Positions 30,248 through 32,000 of a DNA stretch of 32,000 bases are shown here, one piece after another. Position 1 is the first letter of the stretch, and each line of letters opens with the position of its first letter. A program made the translations under genes and the position numbers. The notes beneath the pieces are model-generated. The model worked only from the letters and a program-made list of their open reading frames with translations, was not told where the DNA came from and searched no databases. Source of the DNA: Acetobacteraceae bacterium (GTDB lineage: Bacteria > Pseudomonadota > Alphaproteobacteria > Acetobacterales > Acetobacteraceae); the NCBI GenBank assembly GCA_024280945.1, contig JAMXLO010000046.1, positions 57,412-89,411 of the forward strand, given 5' to 3'.

Positions 30248-31474
30248 ATGATTGTCCCGGAAGGCGCACGCAACATTGAGTTCGTCGGGCACACCGACCA
30301 GGGGGGCCGCGGCGACGGCGTCCAGGTCATGGTATCACGCGGCCACGCATACGTAGGCACGCGGGTGAGTCGCGGCATCATGGTCACCGACGTCGCAGAT
30401 CCCCGCCATCCGCGGCCGGTGAACTTCGTGCCGACGCATCCGAACTCGGTGTGCATGCACCTGCAGGCCGCGGAAGATCTGTTGCTGCACATCCAGGAAG
30501 CAGATCAGCGGGCGCTGCTGTCAGCCCAGGAATATTACGGCGGCTCGAACAAGGTGGACAGCAGCCGCTTCGGCAAACGGGGTGAGGATTATGCTGCGGG
30601 CATGGGTGTCTACGACATCAAGGACCCGGCCAACCCGAGGCGGATCGGCTTTCTGGACGTGGAAGGGCTTGGTCTGCATCGCATCTGGTGGATCGGCGGG
30701 CGCTATGCCTATGCCTCGGCGCTGCTCGACGGCTTCACCGACCATATCCTGATCGTGATCGACATGGCGGATCCGACCAAGCCGTGCGAGGTCGGCCGAT
30801 GGTGGATTCCTGGGCAGAACGTCGCCGCCGGCGAAGCGCCGACATGGCAGGTACGTTACGCGCTGCATCATGCGATCGTGGTGGACGACTTTGCCTATGG
30901 CTCCTGGCGTGACGGCGGACTGACAATCCTGGACGTGAAGGACAAATCGGCTCCGACGCTGCTCGCGCATCGCACCTGGTGCCCGCCATTCGGGGGCGGC
31001 ACGCACAATGCCGTGCCGCTGCACGACCGCAACCTGCTGGTCGTGGCGGACGAGGCGACGCTCAACATCGACGAACAGCAGATGAAGTACACCTGGGTGT
31101 TCGACATCCGCGAAAAGAGCAATCCGATCAGCATCGCCACGATGCCGACGCCGGCGGACCAGGATTATGTGAAGATCGGCGGCCAGTTCGGGCCGCACAA
31201 CCTGCACGAGAACCGGCCAGGATCCTTCCAAAGCTCTACGACGATCTTCGCCACCTGGCAAAGTGCGGGTGTGCGAGTGTTCGACATCGCCAACCCGTTC
31301 CGGCCGGAGGAGGTCGGCTACTTCGTGCCGCCACAGCCGAGCAAATGGGCCGAGCCGCTGCGCGGTCGCGCCAAGGTGCGGCACACCGCCGACATCTTCG
31401 TCGCACAGGACGGGCTGATCTACATCACCGACTACGACGCCGGGCTTTATATCCTGCAATGGAAGGGCGCCTGA
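30248..31474 (+). CDS. LVIVD-repeat beta-propeller protein (COG5276-like), no signal peptide
   Basis: 408 aa. GGAGGGA SD. Repeated strand motifs GIMVTDVADP, GMGVYDIKDP, HILIVIDMADP, GLTILDVKD, LLVVADEA, GVRVFDIANP and LIYITDYDAGLYIL. Confidence 0.7.
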   Translation: MIVPEGARNIEFVGHTDQGGRGDGVQVMVSRGHAYVGTRVSRGIMVTDVADPRHPRPVNFVPTHPNSVCMHLQAAEDLLLHIQEADQRALLSAQEYYGGSNKVDSSRFGKRGEDYAAGMGVYDIKDPANPRRIGFLDVEGLGLHRIWWIGGRYAYASALLDGFTDHILIVIDMADPTKPCEVGRWWIPGQNVAAGEAPTWQVRYALHHAIVVDDFAYGSWRDGGLTILDVKDKSAPTLLAHRTWCPPFGGGTHNAVPLHDRNLLVVADEATLNIDEQQMKYTWVFDIREKSNPISIATMPTPADQDYVKIGGQFGPHNLHENRPGSFQSSTTIFATWQSAGVRVFDIANPFRPEEVGYFVPPQPSKWAEPLRGRAKVRHTADIFVAQDGLIYITDYDAGLYILQWKGA

Positions 31475-31844
31475 CGATGGACTGGGACAGTGCGAAGGCG
31501 CCGGTGCACCAAGTCTGCGCAGCCAACGTCATCCATTTCCTGGCGTGCGTACTCGTCTGTGAGCAGGCCCTCCGACTCTCCCGTGCCGCGAATGTCGACG
31601 CGGACGGCAGCGTACCCGAAACCGGCCATATAGGGGTGCGTCAGTGCGTCGCGCTCGAAGGTGCCATCGCGCTTGCGATAGGGAAGGTACTCAAGAATCG
31701 CGGGAACAGGACGCGGCTTGGATGATCAGGACTTCCGGAAATGTGATCGAGACTCGACCTGGCGAGCTTGACGCCAAATTTTAGACAAGCACCATCGGCA
31801 GGAAGTTCGCTCTGCGCCGGCTGGCTAGCGGGGACCTGAGGCAC
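31447..31844 (-). pseudogene. CocE/NonD (X-Pro dipeptidyl-peptidase S15) family hydrolase, N-terminal relic
   Basis: The minus-strand frame reads PVPAILEYLPYRKRDGTFERDALTHPYMAGFGYAAVRVDIRGTGESEGLLTDEYARQEMDD, the conserved N-terminal region of this family. Upstream text is in another frame. The expected WLA.Q.W continuation (LAAQTWCTGA) is also frameshifted, and the remaining ~500 aa are absent. The relic overlaps the 3' end of the LVIVD gene. Confidence 0.55.
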
Positions 31845-32000
31845 ATGGTGCAGGGAATCCTAGGTCATCACCGCTAGTCTCGCCCGCTCGTTGCCGATGC
31901 CGTACTCCGTAGCGAACGCAGGTCACTTGACGCTGCAACGATATTGGCACCCAAACTGGCACCGGACTGGATAGGGCGACCCCAGACCCAGGGACGTCGT

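Overview
GC-rich, gene-dense chromosomal window. Gene content and codon style look alphaproteobacterial, Bradyrhizobiaceae-like, but that is inference only. I support about 25 intact CDS, 3 decayed genes and one clear tandem repeat. I saw no rRNA, tRNA, CRISPR array, transposase, integrase or recognisable transcription factor.

Layout:
- 32-1177 (-): an HD hydrolase and a small secreted tandem-repeat protein.
- 1472-6432 (+): a complete branched-chain 2-oxoacid dehydrogenase operon (E1a, E1b, E2, E3). This part is ordinary.
- 6710-8032: an ACS-type MFS transporter.
- 8109-8930: a broken glycine-zipper stress gene followed by an intact GlsB/YeaQ/YmgE gene.
- 9059-10171 (-): an OmpA-family outer membrane protein, with about 630 bp of unassigned DNA upstream.
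- ~10790-12240: a decayed Rieske/FAD-reductase gene.
- 12501-13892: a class II CPD photolyase.
- 13934-18460: two orphan ABC substrate-binding proteins, an SDR and a VOC protein.
- 18557-23693 (-): a COG0523 metallochaperone, a hydantoinase-like amidohydrolase, an amidase with a GatC/AtzG-like tail, then a creatininase-family gene.
- 24093-24917: panB.
- 25238-26800 (-): a CPA1 Na+/H+ antiporter.
- 27030-31474: a cluster of poorly characterised genes. LLM oxidoreductase, HIBADH-like dehydrogenase, double-EthD and GYD run on the minus strand, and an LVIVD beta-propeller gene diverges on the plus strand.
- 31447-31844: a CocE/NonD hydrolase relic.

The two best candidates for undescribed biology are the metallochaperone-coupled ring-amide hydrolysis operon and the GYD/EthD/LVIVD locus. 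Both functional readings are hypotheses. All family calls come from motifs read by eye in the supplied translations; no database search was possible.
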